Below are positions 25,058-38,471 of a stretch of 64,000 nt of DNA, piece by piece (the first letter of the stretch is position 1; every line of letters begins with the position of its first letter). The stretch lies in contig CM038998.1 of assembly GCA_017499595.2 (NCBI GenBank), forward strand, positions 2,418,001-2,482,000. Direction: 5' to 3'. The notes beneath the pieces are model-generated. The model was not told where the DNA came from. It did no database searches and saw only the letters and a program-made list of their open reading frames with translations. The stretch is from Psilocybe cubensis (Eukaryota). The translations under genes were made by a program, and so were the position numbers.

Positions 25058-27564
25058 CTAGGAAATGGCTTCATCTAACCCCATGTCTCCTCGGCGTTCT
25101 CCATCCATTCTTGCTGAATGACTACCAAATTGCATGGCACGCTTTTTACGACTGCTAGCCTCTGTAAGACCGATCTTCCTGGCCGCCAATCGCAGTAACA
25201 TCTTATCTCCAATGCCAGGCTCTAGTCGAGGATCCATTTTGAAGTGCACAGGCAAGGAAGCTAGAAAAGACACCAGGCTTAAGGAGAGGAAAGGATGGCG
25301 TGTTTCTTTGCCATGGCAGGAAATTACACGATCGTCTCTGCCCAAGTTTCTAGTCGGTATACGATCGATTTCTTCTTGTAACTATCCAGCGAAAAGGGTC
25401 AGCGCCAGAAGTAGGGTACTAAGCGGTTTGAAATGTTACTTCGTTGATGACTGCCTCCCAACCACCGCTACTATAGACAGAACGATGGCGACCATATCCT
25501 CCAAGTAGTTCATCGGAGCCAAGTCCATTGATAAGAACCTTGGCTTCGCTGGTGTATGGTACAGGATCCGACTCGAAATTCTTCCGAATCTGGCCTACTC
25601 CTCTAGATGCAAAGAACAACGCCAATGCAAGACTCTTTGAATAAATGAGAACCGTAGAAAACCCAAAGTATCTGAAATATACGTACAAGATCCATGACAG
25701 TCCGACTTGGATGCATGAGTGACTCCACCAAGGGCCGTGCAGCCTGGCATTCCTATAATTATGAATTAGTTTAGTTTAAGACCGGAGGGAAAGTAATAAA
25801 CCTCGAATGGGACATTGATCTCGACCTATATGACTGTGTAAGCAATAGGCATGCAAAACGGATTCAAGATGCATACGAAGTTCCAAGTGCGACCAGGACA
25901 AAGCCTGCGAAGTTCTTCGACTTCTTGCATTCCAGTTACTCTATCTGGGACAAGGTACGAAATAACGCGTTTCTCATTGTGTTCCATGTTGCGCTCTTTT
26001 GAATGTGTCCGCTTTTTGTGTCGTTTTGAAACACCTCCAATATTTCCTTGCTGCTGAACTCGGATCTTTCGAGGATTTTCGAAGGCCACGTTGAGCAAAT
26101 CGATTGGCTCTTCCAAGGGTATGTACCTGTTCAACCAAGTTAAAAAAGCTCAGGCTAACAAAATTTTTGACACACTTGTTTGCCAAAAAAGTCAAGATTG
26201 TGGAGTCGATTCCACCGCTAAACAGTACTGCAACTCTGGCCTTATTTCTTTCTCTGTTTCCGTGATGTCAAATTTGATTCATGGACTTTACAAGGAGAGC
26301 TTACGAATGGTAGGGAATATTGCTCACCTGGAGCATAACACTTCGATCGAGTTGATATATGAGATCATCTACTGCATGTTTAAGATGTTGAGGAATATTT
26401 GCTAAATTTTTTACTTGTGGGATATCTCCTGAAGGTAATGTGATATTGATTTTAGCGGGAACGGCCTGTATCTCTCATTTAAACAGGAGCCACAACATGA
26501 GAAAGAGTGTTGCTTACAAATGATTTCAACACAACGTCAGATAGAGCCGGAACTCTGGAGTTTGCAACAAGATTTTGATGAAAAGAGGCATGTATCTGAA
26601 GAAATTAGCGTACTCCGTGAACTGTTATCAGTGCAGAGCTCACGTCTAACGATGGCTCCCAAGATTTAAGATCGAAACTGTATATATACTCAGTGGGAAG
26701 CTCCAGAAAATCATAAGCAGGATTTGCACCGCCCGACACAGATGATAACAGCAAATAAGGCATATCTTGTGTTGGTGCGTGGAGGAGCAACGATCGCCGA
26801 CCTAGGGGATCACGTCCAAAATATAAACGCTCTGAGGATTCCTGGAGGCATATAACACAGATGTCAGTGGTCGCATAAGGCTCTCGAGTTGCACATATTA
26901 CACATACGTGATAGAACACGAAAGCATAGCTGAGAAATGGTGGGTATTCAAGCTTATACGGAAGGAAAAGAGTGTGCTTACGGACCCTCAATCCTGCTAA
27001 AAATATGACATATATCTGCTGTTTCGACAGCAGAGCAAAGAACATCAAAGAGCTTGACACCATCGTTTTGTTCTTCTGATATCTTAACGTGAAACGAATG
27101 GTCAGATCAATTTGGCCATTGGCATGATATATACAAGCCAACCTCCATCCCTTCGAAAATCTATGAAAACATAAGCGATGTGGATTGGCGCACACATATC
27201 AATTATACCGTACCTCTCCGTTCCAGCAAAGTACATTTCTTCCTCGTACATGGGGCTGGATAATCGGGGCCTTACCCCTTAATCGTAACTCAGATGCATA
27301 GAATTTAACAAGGAGTGTCTGTTCCCTGTGCTGGTCATTGTCGGCTGGAATTAAGAGACCGTCCGGAAACGATAAAGAGTGACACTGCTGAGCATCGGGT
27401 CCTACGAAAAAGAAATTTAAAAACTGATGAACTTCATCAAACCTTCTGAAAAGTCCATTACCACGAAGGGCGTTCATCTTCTCGAGGCCCAAGGAAAAAT
27501 TTAAAAACGCGGCCGCCTCCCCATGAGAATCCAAAAAACAGGATGAAAAAAAAATGCCACACAT
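25058..27564 (-). CDS. Asparagine synthetase domain-containing protein 1-like (YML096W type)
   Basis: N-terminal MCGIF, WNGEIF, FGRDPLGRRSLL, AVLFSGGIDS, IDLLNVAFENP, GLGSDELLGGYGRH, RNLGRDDRVI and KKRAMQFGS. Confidence 0.92.
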
Positions 27565-27957
27565 CCTTAAGGACACAGTCCACAGATAACGTGGACTGAA
27601 TATACAGGTTTGTTGATGAAGCTAGGGATCTGAGTGTTATGCACAGGCTAGGAAAGCCGAAGAGCACGAAAACTTTGCGTGACTTTTATTTTTGATACAG
27701 ATAAGATTAGATTTATCTGATACCGATTTCAACATTAACTGACAGTCTTGTTGAATTGTTCACTTTCATCAGTAGATGTCAATGGCCCAAACCGATGCAC
27801 CCTGAGTGGAAGCCTCCTTCGTACTGGATACGAGAGCAAACATTCTCGAATACAATCCGGAAATATATATTTAAGAGAGTAGGACGATATAAAGATTTGT
27901 ATGTAGCTACAATGTCTACGAATCCCTCTAACTTGTTTTCTTTCTAGCGGTGGTAAA

Positions 27958-29966
27958 TTAAGTGTTGTAGGTGCTAGCGGAAACGTTTCCTCCTCGTCCG
28001 GTCCAGTTTACGTCTGAAATAAACGATCAGCGAACGGAACTTCATTGCGATGGCTATGTGTACTAACGGATGTCTTCCCCAGCCTTGAATTTGTCGTTCT
28101 CTTTGCCAGGAAGAACACGGAAGGTATGAGCACCGAAGTAATCACGCTGGATGGAATATTAGTATGTGGTTCAGAGTCAAAAATTGGGATTCATACCTGA
28201 GCTTGCAGAAGGTTGGCAGGTACAATAGCGCTTCTGTAGCCGTCGAAGAAAGCAAGAGCGGTGCTAAAGGCAGGAGTAGGGATACCCCAGAGGACAGCTT
28301 GAGCAATAACTCGTCTCCAACCGGGTTGAGCTTTGTGTACAGCTGGAAACAACGTTGAGATAATGAGCATATTAATCACAGTGCAGATTTAGCACCTTTG
28401 TTGAAAAAGTCATCGAACAAGAGAGACTCTAAGTCGGGCTTCTTCTGGTAGGCAGCAGTGATGTCGCCCAAGAAAACACTCTGTAGAACACGATATAGAT
28501 CAGCAGATAAATTACAGCTGTGGGCGAATGTTTCACTTTTATAATGCATCCACCACGCCACATAGAAGCAATTCCGGAGTAGTTGAGGTTCCAGCCAACC
28601 TGAGGAAGATTAGATGAGATTACATTCAGTGACATATCTATGACGTAATTCACCTCCTTCGCGGTTTCCCTCATGAGCATGAATCCTTGGGTATAGGAGA
28701 TAATCTTGGAAGCATAGAGGGCTTGCTCGAGATCATCAATGAAAAGTTGTTTGTCACCTCGGAATGGTTCCTTAGGAGGTCCAGCGATGGCTTTGCTCGC
28801 ACGGACACGCTCGTCTTTAATGGCTGACAGGCAACGAGCAAAAACGGCTTCTCCAATGAGAGTAACTACAGAACAGAAATCAGGAAAGACAAAAGGATGA
28901 AAGAGTACATTTCGACGAACCTGCAGTTCCTGCATCAAGAGCAGCAATCGCAGTCCATTTCCCAGTTCCCTTTTGACCGGCTTTGTCAAGTATTTTGGTG
29001 ACGACAGGTTCGCCATCGTCGTCTTTAAATTTGAGAATGTTGGCAGTAATTTCGATCAAGAAAGAGTCGAGGACGCCCTTATTCCACTTCAAAAAGATAT
29101 CGGCAATTTCATCCTCGGCCAATCCGAGGCCCCTCTTCAAAATATCATAGGCCTCAGCGATCAGCTGCATATCTCCGTATTCGATACCTTAAAGCGGTGT
29201 CAATGTCGATATAAAGTTAACGGTAACCCGAGTAAAGTCACCATTGTGCACCATCTTGACATAGTGTCCAGAGCCTGTCTCGCCGACCCAGTCGCAGCAT
29301 GGCTCACCGTTCACCTGCGCTGCGGTTTTCTGGAAAATCTCCTTGATAGCAGGCCAAGCAGCGGGGGAACCACCTGGCATGAGAGATGGCCCATAACGGG
29401 CACCCTCCTCGCCACCAGAAACGCCGGAACCGACGAAAAGGAGGCCTTTGGCTTCCAATTCTTTGGTGCGACGGATCGAGTCTGGGTAATGAGAGTTACC
29501 ACCGTCAATGATGATATCACCTTTTTCAAGGAATGGCTCGAGTTGATGAATAAAATCATCGACGGCAGACCCAGCCTTGACGAGGAGGACGATTTTGCGG
29601 GGGCGCTTGAGTTTGGAAACCAGTTCCTGAATGCTGTGAGCGCCTTGGATGTTGGTCCCTGCACGATGCAAATTAGCGGACGATGAACGCATAGACGCAA
29701 GACACGAACTCGCCCTTGGCCTCGTTAGCAAGGAAGTGATCGACCTTGCTGGTAGTGCGATTGTAAGCAACGACAGTGAAGCCCTTGTCATTCATATTCA
29801 GAATGAGATTTTGACCCTTGATAACGAATTTAGGGCCATGAGAAGATTAGATTGGACAAAAGTGAGTATACCATGACCGCAAGGCCAATGAGACCGATAT
29901 CGCCTCTAGGCGGGGGGTTTAGCACATAATATAATTGGCAGAAAGAAAAAAGACAAACGTAGCCAT
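27958..29966 (-). CDS. GND1: 6-phosphogluconate dehydrogenase, decarboxylating
   Basis: [72 protein letters not shown] and [11 protein letters not shown]. Confidence 0.98.
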
Positions 29967-30371
29967 TTGTTTCAAGTTGGGCGGGACGAACTAAGTGGTA
30001 GTAACGGTAAGAGGAGGTGGTGAGACTTGAAATGGTATTGTGTCGGAGCGATCACCTATATAGTATTTCCGGGCACGATTATCAGCTTACACATCGAGAT
30101 CTCGGTCATCGATTCAAAATTTGCTGGGCGGTGGGATAAACCAATAAATCTGCAGGCCGGATTCGCCCCCAACGCCTTTTCAAAGCCGCTGTGCCCTCTG
30201 TGTGCCCTCCCAGGCCATACGGGTCCGACTGAAAGCCGATGGGACTCGGATTCCATCCAAGCGTAATCTGAATTCGACCAATTCTATATTTGGCAGTATC
30301 TTAGCCGCCCCCATTCCCGCCGCTGTCCGCCTCTCTTTTCACCTCTCACAGCCGAGTGTCTTTTCGCCTTC

Positions 30372-32919
30372 ATGTCCAGTTCCGTCGCTCACATGGCCCC
30401 CCCGCCTGTCATTCATGAGGGCTGGGTTCTGAAGAAACGGAGAAAGAAGATGCAAGGTGCTCTTGTCTTTGGGTCGTTGCTTGTACATACACGTCGTTGA
30501 CCAGTGCCAGGCTTTGCCCGTCGTTACTTTACTTTATATCAGTCAGGAATGTTGTCCTACGCCTTTGAACCTGGTCAGCCTATCAGGGACCATGTATTCC
30601 TTCACAATGCAGCCATTTCCACCTCTCCTGGGCGCAAGGATATCCACGTCGACTCCAATACTGCAACTTTCCATATCAAATGTCTCAGTACTGACGACTT
30701 CGAAAAATGGATGTCGGCCTTCAGGTTGCATCCATTCTTCTCTACCTGTGCATTTTATGTGTCTAATTCAATCCTAGGAAGTTCATTTCAGTTGGTCTTG
30801 AGGCAAAAAAGACTGCTCTGCACCGCCAAGCCTCGAGGAAAGCGAGCCTTAATTTGAATTTAAACCGCTCTGGCACTCTACTTGAGGAAATGGGGACTGT
30901 AGGTTTACATCCCAGACGGAAGTCCATGCCTATTGACATTGCCCACACCAGAGCATTGTAGAACTCGAGAACTCCATCTCATCGTTGATTTTGGACCTTA
31001 ATCCTCCACGAATACCGAGTTTGAATAGGAAGCATGCACACAGCAAAGAGTCCATGTTCGCGTTGTTTAAGAGGCGTAAGTACTGGTATCACTGCCTTGT
31101 GATTGTCCTCTCAGCTCTTCACAGCACATCACCATACGTCACAAGAAGCTAATCAGGATTTCGCGCATGAAGTTCCCCACTCAACAATCAAACATGAAAC
31201 CCTTCAAGACGTTAAGAATAAATTTGAAGTCGTGAAAGCTCAATATACGTCGCTTGTTAAACTCATGCAAGAGTCGTTGAATGATTCTACACTCATGGCC
31301 CCTCTTCCATCTACAGTGGAAGAAGAAGAATTGCCTGAGCATTTTAATCAAAGGACTTCGACGCCTGCTACTAGAAAATCATTTCGGGATTCAATTGCTA
31401 GTACGAGTGACAGCGTAGTGGAATGGTTTGATGCGGTCGACGAAGGACCTCAGGAATTCATAATGGATTTGGGCCACGACGTTTCTGAACCTGGCAGTCG
31501 CCTACTGTCCACTAGTACAGAAACATCGAGCATTGATACTGACATTGAAAGTGCATCATCTGAACCAGTACAAGACGTCGTTGCGTCTGGGACAGTACAG
31601 GTTGTCCGCCGGACTCAACTGCCATGTTTACCGCCAAGTGACGAAGGGAGTTTGTTCACTATTTTAAAGAAGAATGTCGGCAAGGTAAGTTACTTTATGG
31701 AACACAACGAAGCATTGTGATGCTGACTGGGACCAACAATACAGGACCTCTCAACAATCACTTTTCCAGTGACTTTTAACGAACCGTTAACCATGCTGCA
31801 AAGGACAGCAGAGGAAGTCGAGTACTACCACCTTCTTGATGACGCTGCAGCAACAGATGATCCCGTGGCTCGCATGTCATATATTGCAGCATTTGCTGTA
31901 TCTGGATATGCTCACACTCGACATCGATCTGGTCGCAAAGGATTGTATGTCTTTTCAATGAAGCTCTGCGCGTGCACGTTCTCATTTTTGTGAAGTAATC
32001 CTATGTTGGCAGAAACATTTGAAGATATTCGAATGAAGTTCATTGCCGAGAAAGTCCGTCATAATCCGCTTGAAATTGCTTACCATGCCGAAGGAACAAA
32101 CTGGGAGCTTAGTGCAACCTCATGTGGCAAAACAAAGTTCTGGGGTCAGTAACCTTTTTGGGTCTTTGGCAAACACAGTCTCACGCGTCCCAGGAAAAAG
32201 CTTGGAAATAATACCCCTGGGAATAAACCGCCTCAGAATAGGCGACGAATCTTACGTCTGGTAAGCGGGCGACGTTACTCTGAACGCTTAGTGATAAGTT
32301 GCTGACCGGACCATTATTACCCAGGAAGAAGCCGTCTTCATTTATCAGGAATCTTATGGTCGGAACAAAGTATTTTGAACACACCGGAAAAATGACCATC
32401 GAAAACATGACAACTCAATATCGGTGTGTAATCGACTTCAAACAAAATGGATACTGGGGCCCCACGAATGTTGTGTCTGCCCAAATTTATGATTCAGATG
32501 GCGAAACAGTTGGACATTTGGACGGGAAATGGGATGATCAAATTTCGCAAATGCTGGATGATTCCCATTTCCACGTGCTTTGGAAAATTAACCCTTTTCC
32601 AAAAAACGCCCCGGAATGCTACGGCTTTACTTCATATGCCATCACTTTGAACGAATTGGATGGTAATTCTGTTGGAAAACTCCCCCCCACGGATTCTAGA
32701 CTTCGGCCTGATGTCAGAGCCCTCGAAAACGGAGAATTGGACTTGGCGGAAGAGGAAAAGTTAAGGGTTGAGCAGTTACAACGCGATAGGAGAAACAAAG
32801 GCGTAGAGCGACAGCCAAGATGGTTCAAACAGGTCGGGGATGAATGGCATTATACCGGTGGTTACTGGGAAGGCAGGTCCCGAGGATGGAAGCAGGATCC
32901 TATTTTACCCCTCTGGTAA
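30372..32919 (+). CDS. OSH3: Oxysterol-binding protein with N-terminal PH domain (Osh3-like)
   Basis: PH start EGWVLKKRRKKMQGFARRYF, FFAT-like EWFDA, and ORD motifs PVTFNEPLTMLQR, FNPMLAETFE, EKVRHNP and LPPTDSRLRPD. Confidence 0.9.
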
Positions 32920-33749
32920 ACCTTGCATGGCTGCCATGCTAGAAACAGGGACTTCTGTTGACTTTCTTTGTTTCATGAGATCTATCAACATACCTAACCC
33001 TAATTCTACATTACCATTGATTATATTTGTTCTTTAGATATGTTCGACAGTAATACGTATACCATTTGTTGTAATTTGTGGAAGAGTTCATGACGCTCCG
33101 ACGAATCATGTGCTTCCACTGCTTTGTTGGCAATAAAGTCAACAGATGCAGCCTCTCCCGATATAGAACGTAGTACGTCCGAATGATTGCCCCATAACAA
33201 CTTCCAACCGCACTGACGGCTTACAACGAATCAGTAACAACTTTGGATAGTTCCAATGCTTGCTATGTGGCATAGGTCATTGGTCAAACTAGAAATGGCT
33301 TACTGCGATTTGGGGATCTCTCTATCGCACTGCGTCGGCAATGTGTACCAGGGGTCTAGGTAGATTGCCAAGTATCGGTAACTACAGCAGCTGGACACCG
33401 AATCTTCTTTGCTTGCAAGTTCTCAATAATGACGATTTCACTGGCTTCTCCAACCTTCTATTCATCGCTATAGCTAATGGTCGATATCTGCGGGACTTTT
33501 CGACTCTCGTTTGCTCGCGCTAAGAGGCTCGGGTCTGCCTGGGTCAGTATGGTCACCCGATTCTTCAACCCGTTGTTTCTCCGCGATGAACGACGTCGCA
33601 CCAGCAGCATACTCTTAGATGGAGACAATCTTCGTCTTCTCGGAACCTACAGCCGAGGTTTTTTCGCCCCTGTGACTGTTTTTCTAACGTACTTAAAGGA
33701 ATCTTTGAAGAATCGTCTTCTTAACTCAAGTTGTCCCTGCTGAATCGAT

Positions 33750-36700
33750 ATGGTACAACGGATCCTGTTTTGGGGGGCATTTTATGTGCTTCTGAATTGT
33801 GTATTGGCTCAACAGGCTGTATACCAGCAATGTGGTGGTCAGGGATGGTAAACATGATCTTGATGGTTGATTAATTTGTTTCTGACGCTCTGTAGGACCG
33901 GAGGCACGACTTGTGTGGCTGGGTCTACGTGTGTCTATTCCAACCCTTGTGGGTCATTTTCTATGAAATGGTTTTGTATTTGGTTCGACTTAGATCCACT
34001 TTCAGACTATTCACAGTGTCTTCCTGGAGTCGCATCATCGTCCAGTTCTTCGACCACCTCAAAACCATCGACTACATCGTCCTCCACTGTTATCTCTTCT
34101 TCTTCGAGTTCTAGCACCCCATCTGCTACCCCTTGTAAGAATTTTAGTCCCATGTGATGCGTTCTCTGAAGTACCGCCGTAGCAAACATGTCTCCGGAGT
34201 GGGCGTCAGCCTATACTAAGGTACGAAACTGAAGTGCTTGGTTCCATGACTTGTAGGAATAAATAAATCCCCCTTTTATAGGCCCAAGCTGCAGTCAAAA
34301 AACTCTCGTTACAAGACAAAGTCAATCTGGCTACTGGTGTGTTTCCCTTTCCAGTCTTTACTTCTTGTGTACCTCCCAACAATTTATTCTCTTTTTACCA
34401 GGCGTTGGATGGCAAAATGGTCAATCATTCCTTACGTTGATTTATTGTACTCCCCGCCGCTAACGTATTACATAGGAAACTGTGTTGGGAATACTCCGGC
34501 TGTGTCTTCCATCTCGTTTCCGGGTCTTTGTTTGCAAGGTCAACAACTTGTCCTCATGCCATTGTTTACTAGTTGCACTAACAAAACCATAACTGTAATA
34601 GATAGCCCCCTTGGCGTTCGATATGCAGACTTTGTTTCCGCCTTTCCTGCGTAAGCCATGTGATTGCTTAGTTCTGTATTTTAATCAAGATGAAATCATT
34701 AGAGCGATCAATGTTGCTGCAACTTTCAACAGAACTCTTATGAGATCCCGAGGAGCCGCCCTTGGAGCCGAGTTCCGTGGAAAAGGTATTCATGTTGCTC
34801 TTGGTCCAATGATGTGAGCTTGTTTGCAACAATTACGTTTTTACTTTGAGTTGAAGGTGGTGATAGGAACCTAGCTCGTGTACCTGCTGCAGGAAGGAAC
34901 TGGGAAGGGTACGCACACTCTTTGGTGTTGGAGATCATGCATGGCCATCCTCATCATTGATATACAGATTTGGCTCCGATCCCTATCTTTCTGGCGAAGG
35001 AGCATACGAAACGATTATGGGTATCCAGGCCAACGGAGTTCAGGGTGCGTTAGTTTTCTTACACATTAATTATATCTCATGCCGTATTGGCAGCCACCGC
35101 AAAACATTATATCAACAATGAGCAGGAACACTCCAGAGAAACGAGCTCTTCCGTTGTTGATGATAGGTGCGCCTTTTGAATTTGACTTACTAGGTTAGTT
35201 GCTGATACCGTCACCAGAACTGTGCGTGTAGTGTATACAGTGAAGACATTTAATGCTGATACGCATCCTAGCAACATGAACTTTATGCACTTCCTGTAAA
35301 TTACACTCAGCACTTTTTATTTGTCACAGGAACTGAAATTGACACATAGTTCCTGCGAAGCGTGCAGGCTAACGTTGCCTCTGTTATGTGCAGTTACAGT
35401 TGAGTTTCTGCTTCGTTGAGTGGAAGATCCGCATTGACTAACGTCTCACATATTTACCAAGATCAAAGTACGTGGCACAAGATTTGAGTTGAAGCTGAAG
35501 CTGACTACTCATAGTCAATGGAAGTTTTGCATGCGAAAATGACAAGATGCTCAATGGTATCTTGAAAGGAGAGTTTGGATTCCCCGGTTGTGAGTTCCTT
35601 TCCGATTACTTGTGCCTTCTGTGAACCTTAAGTCTCACATTGGCCTTACCCAGATGTAATGTCTGGTGCGTTTTTATGAGGGCAATCTAATTAGCGAAAA
35701 GTTTAACAATTCCCTACTCCTCATAGACTGGGCAGCAACGGTAAGAATCAGGATGATGCGATGTGCCAGTTTCAAGGTAGTAATACATTTATTTATAGCA
35801 CTCCACGTTATCTGTTAACAAGGGCCTTGACGTATGTTCTATTTCCTTTTTCTCAAGTGTGTCTTATTGATTATGGTGAATCATGCTAGATGACCATGCC
35901 AGGTAATACACTTCTTGCTCGCGCAGTTATACTCCCAATGACTAAATGCTGTTCAGGCGACATTACCTTCTCTTCAGGTAATAACGGTTTTCCGATGTTT
36001 CTCTGACATAGTTTCATTCATTTGTTATAATTCAAGGAACAACATACTTCGGTAACAATTTAATTGCTGCAGTACAATCTGGTTCCGTTCCTCAATCTCG
36101 TGTCGATGTCAGTCCTTTTAATACATCAAAAAAGAACAATTTGAGGTTCAGATATACATATTCTTTTAGGATATGGCTACCCGAATTCTGGCTGCTTGGT
36201 CAGCCTGCTTTAGAGCTAGTGTATCGTGATGGGTCAGCTAACTTTTCTTAGGTATTTGATGGGACAAGACAGTGGCTTCCCAGCAGTTAACTTCAATGCA
36301 TGGAATTTGAATGCACCAATCAATACCCATGTCAACGTACAAGCAGACCACAAAAAGTAAGTAATCACTGCATATGCAATAAAGTGTTTATCTGAGATGT
36401 CGTTTAGCGTTATCCGAGACATAGCTGCAGCGTCTACTGTACTACTCAAGAATGTAAAAAGTGCTTTGCCACTCAAGGCGCCTAAAACCATTGCCATCGT
36501 TGGAAACGGCGCAGGCCCAGGATCAAAGGGACCAAACGGGTACAAAACCTATCTCTTGACTTGAACATTGTCTAATCCATCATATAGATACACAGACCGT
36601 GGCGGTAATGATGGAGTCCTTGCCATGGGTAAATTACATATATCTCATTTTCTTAGTGTTTAACTTTCAATGTAGGCTGGGGCAGTGGAACCGCCGATTT

Positions 36701-38253
36701 CCCGTACCTCATTAACGTGAGGGTCAGATCCACACTCACTTTCAGTTGACTAATTCTACGTTAGCCTCTAGATGCGATCACATCTAGGGCTGCATCCGAT
36801 TCTTCGACGGTGTCTTCATCTTTGAGTGATACCGATTTGAACAGTGCGGCCAATGTAGCTGCAGGAAAATCTGTTGCTTTAGTATTCATTACAGGTATGT
36901 AAAACGTAGTGGTTCAGCTTTAATGGACACTGATGGATTCATGTTAGCTGATTCCGGAGAGGGCTATATAACCGTTGAGGGTAATAAAGTCATTTTCTTT
37001 GCACACAACAAGCTGTAGCACTGAGCCAGTATAATCAGGAAATGCTGGTGATCGCAATAACCTACAGGCTTGGCACAGCGGAGTAATTATATACTTCAAA
37101 ATTTGGTCACCGTTGCTAGTGTATCTGACAAATTCTTGCAATATAGGATGCTCTCGTGGCGAAGGTGGCGAGCGTCAACTCGAATACTATCGTGGTTGTC
37201 AACAGTGTTGGTCCAATTATTGTTGAACCATGGATTAACCACGTTAATGGTGGGTGGTCGTTTCCACTCTTTGTTCATCATGGCTAAAACATTCCATCCA
37301 GTCACTGCTGTGGTGAGTGCACCGCACACAAGTTTCTGAAGTAAATATTTTTTTTGATTGTGTATCAGGTATGGAGCGGTATTCCTGGACAAGAAGCAGG
37401 TTCGTTCATCGACTGTCCTCTTATCCAATACAAAGTCCCCTGATTGTTTATTCGCAGGCAATGGTTTAGTGGATGTCTTGTACGGCGCTTATAACCCAAG
37501 GCAAATCCATTTACCTCTATTTCCTATCCTCAGGTCATTGATTTCAGTGATACAGCGGACGACTCCCATACACGATCGGGAAAGCGGCGACTGACTACGG
37601 AACTTCAATAAATACCGCTTCTTCCAGTGCTTCCAATATTCTACCAATTCCATACAGTGAAGGTCTTTTCATTGATTATAGACATTTCGACCAGGCGAAT
37701 ATCACGCCTCGGTTTGAATACGGATTTGGTTTATCGTACACCACCTTCCAATATTCGAGTTTGAGCATAACTGGATCCATTGGATCGGGCACGGCTCCAA
37801 CAGGACTTGGTTCGTCCCTTGACCCATGGTGAGCTACATGCGTAGGTTATTTCATTAAAAACTAATCGCTATCATTGCAAGGCTTCATACGAACGTGATC
37901 ACGGTATCATTCTCTTTGAGAAACAACGGAACAGTCGCTGGTCACGAAGTATGCGTTTTCCGTTTCTAATAAATTGTTACCCTCACTTACTGCGTCCCTC
38001 TCATTATAAGATCCCGCAACTGTACATTACGCTTCCGGCCTCAACTCAATCTCCTCCAAAGGCCTTGAAAGGATTTGATAGCATTTTCTTGACCCCAGGA
38101 CAGACAAAAACAGTGACAATGCAGCTATCTCGATTTGACTTGTCTATCTGGAATGTGGTAGCGCAACGCTGGGATATCCCCAGTGGACAGATCGGGATAT
38201 CTGTTGGAGCCAGCAGCAGAGACATTCGCCTGACAGGATCAGTGGCAAATTAA
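33750..38253 (+). CDS. Secreted GH3 beta-glucosidase with N-terminal CBM1 and Ser/Thr linker
   Basis: Signal peptide, CBM1 [29 protein letters not shown], and GH3 motifs [42 protein letters not shown] and ADSGEGY. FnIII-like tail. About 37 introns. Confidence 0.95.
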
Positions 38254-38471
38254 ATAGCAAGAGCAGGATGTAAAGAGCATAAGTACAAGAAGGAATTTAA
38301 ACATGGCCAATGTGGCAAGTGGTTGGTGAATTTAATCACGTGGGAAAGGAAGCAAGTAAAGCCATTAAGGATCGGCCGTTAAGATCGAACACCCGATCGG
38401 CTATAATTAACTGTAAAAATGGGGAGGGTCAACACTTTTGCTTTCGCTCGAGTCCCCTGCGACTTGCAGTC

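Noticed and set aside
27458..27957. Possible ASDURF-like upstream ORF before the ASNSD1-like gene
   Set aside because: The overlapping ORF has no ATG start and no prefoldin-like coiled-coil character.
28973..29686. 237-aa antisense ORF over GND1 (and similar ones over PXA, PUB1 and the hydrolase)
   Set aside because: Shadow ORFs expected from codon bias in the real genes, with no independent motifs.
32993..33003. CCTAACCCTAA, resembling a telomerase RNA template or telomeric seed
   Set aside because: Single ~1.8 repeat in the likely OSH3 3' UTR. A match this short is not unlikely by chance in 64 kb, and I saw no supporting pseudoknot.
33520..33660. CGG/CCG inverted triplets upstream of the GH3 gene as Zn2Cys6 sites
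   Set aside because: Too short and degenerate to support without cross-species conservation.
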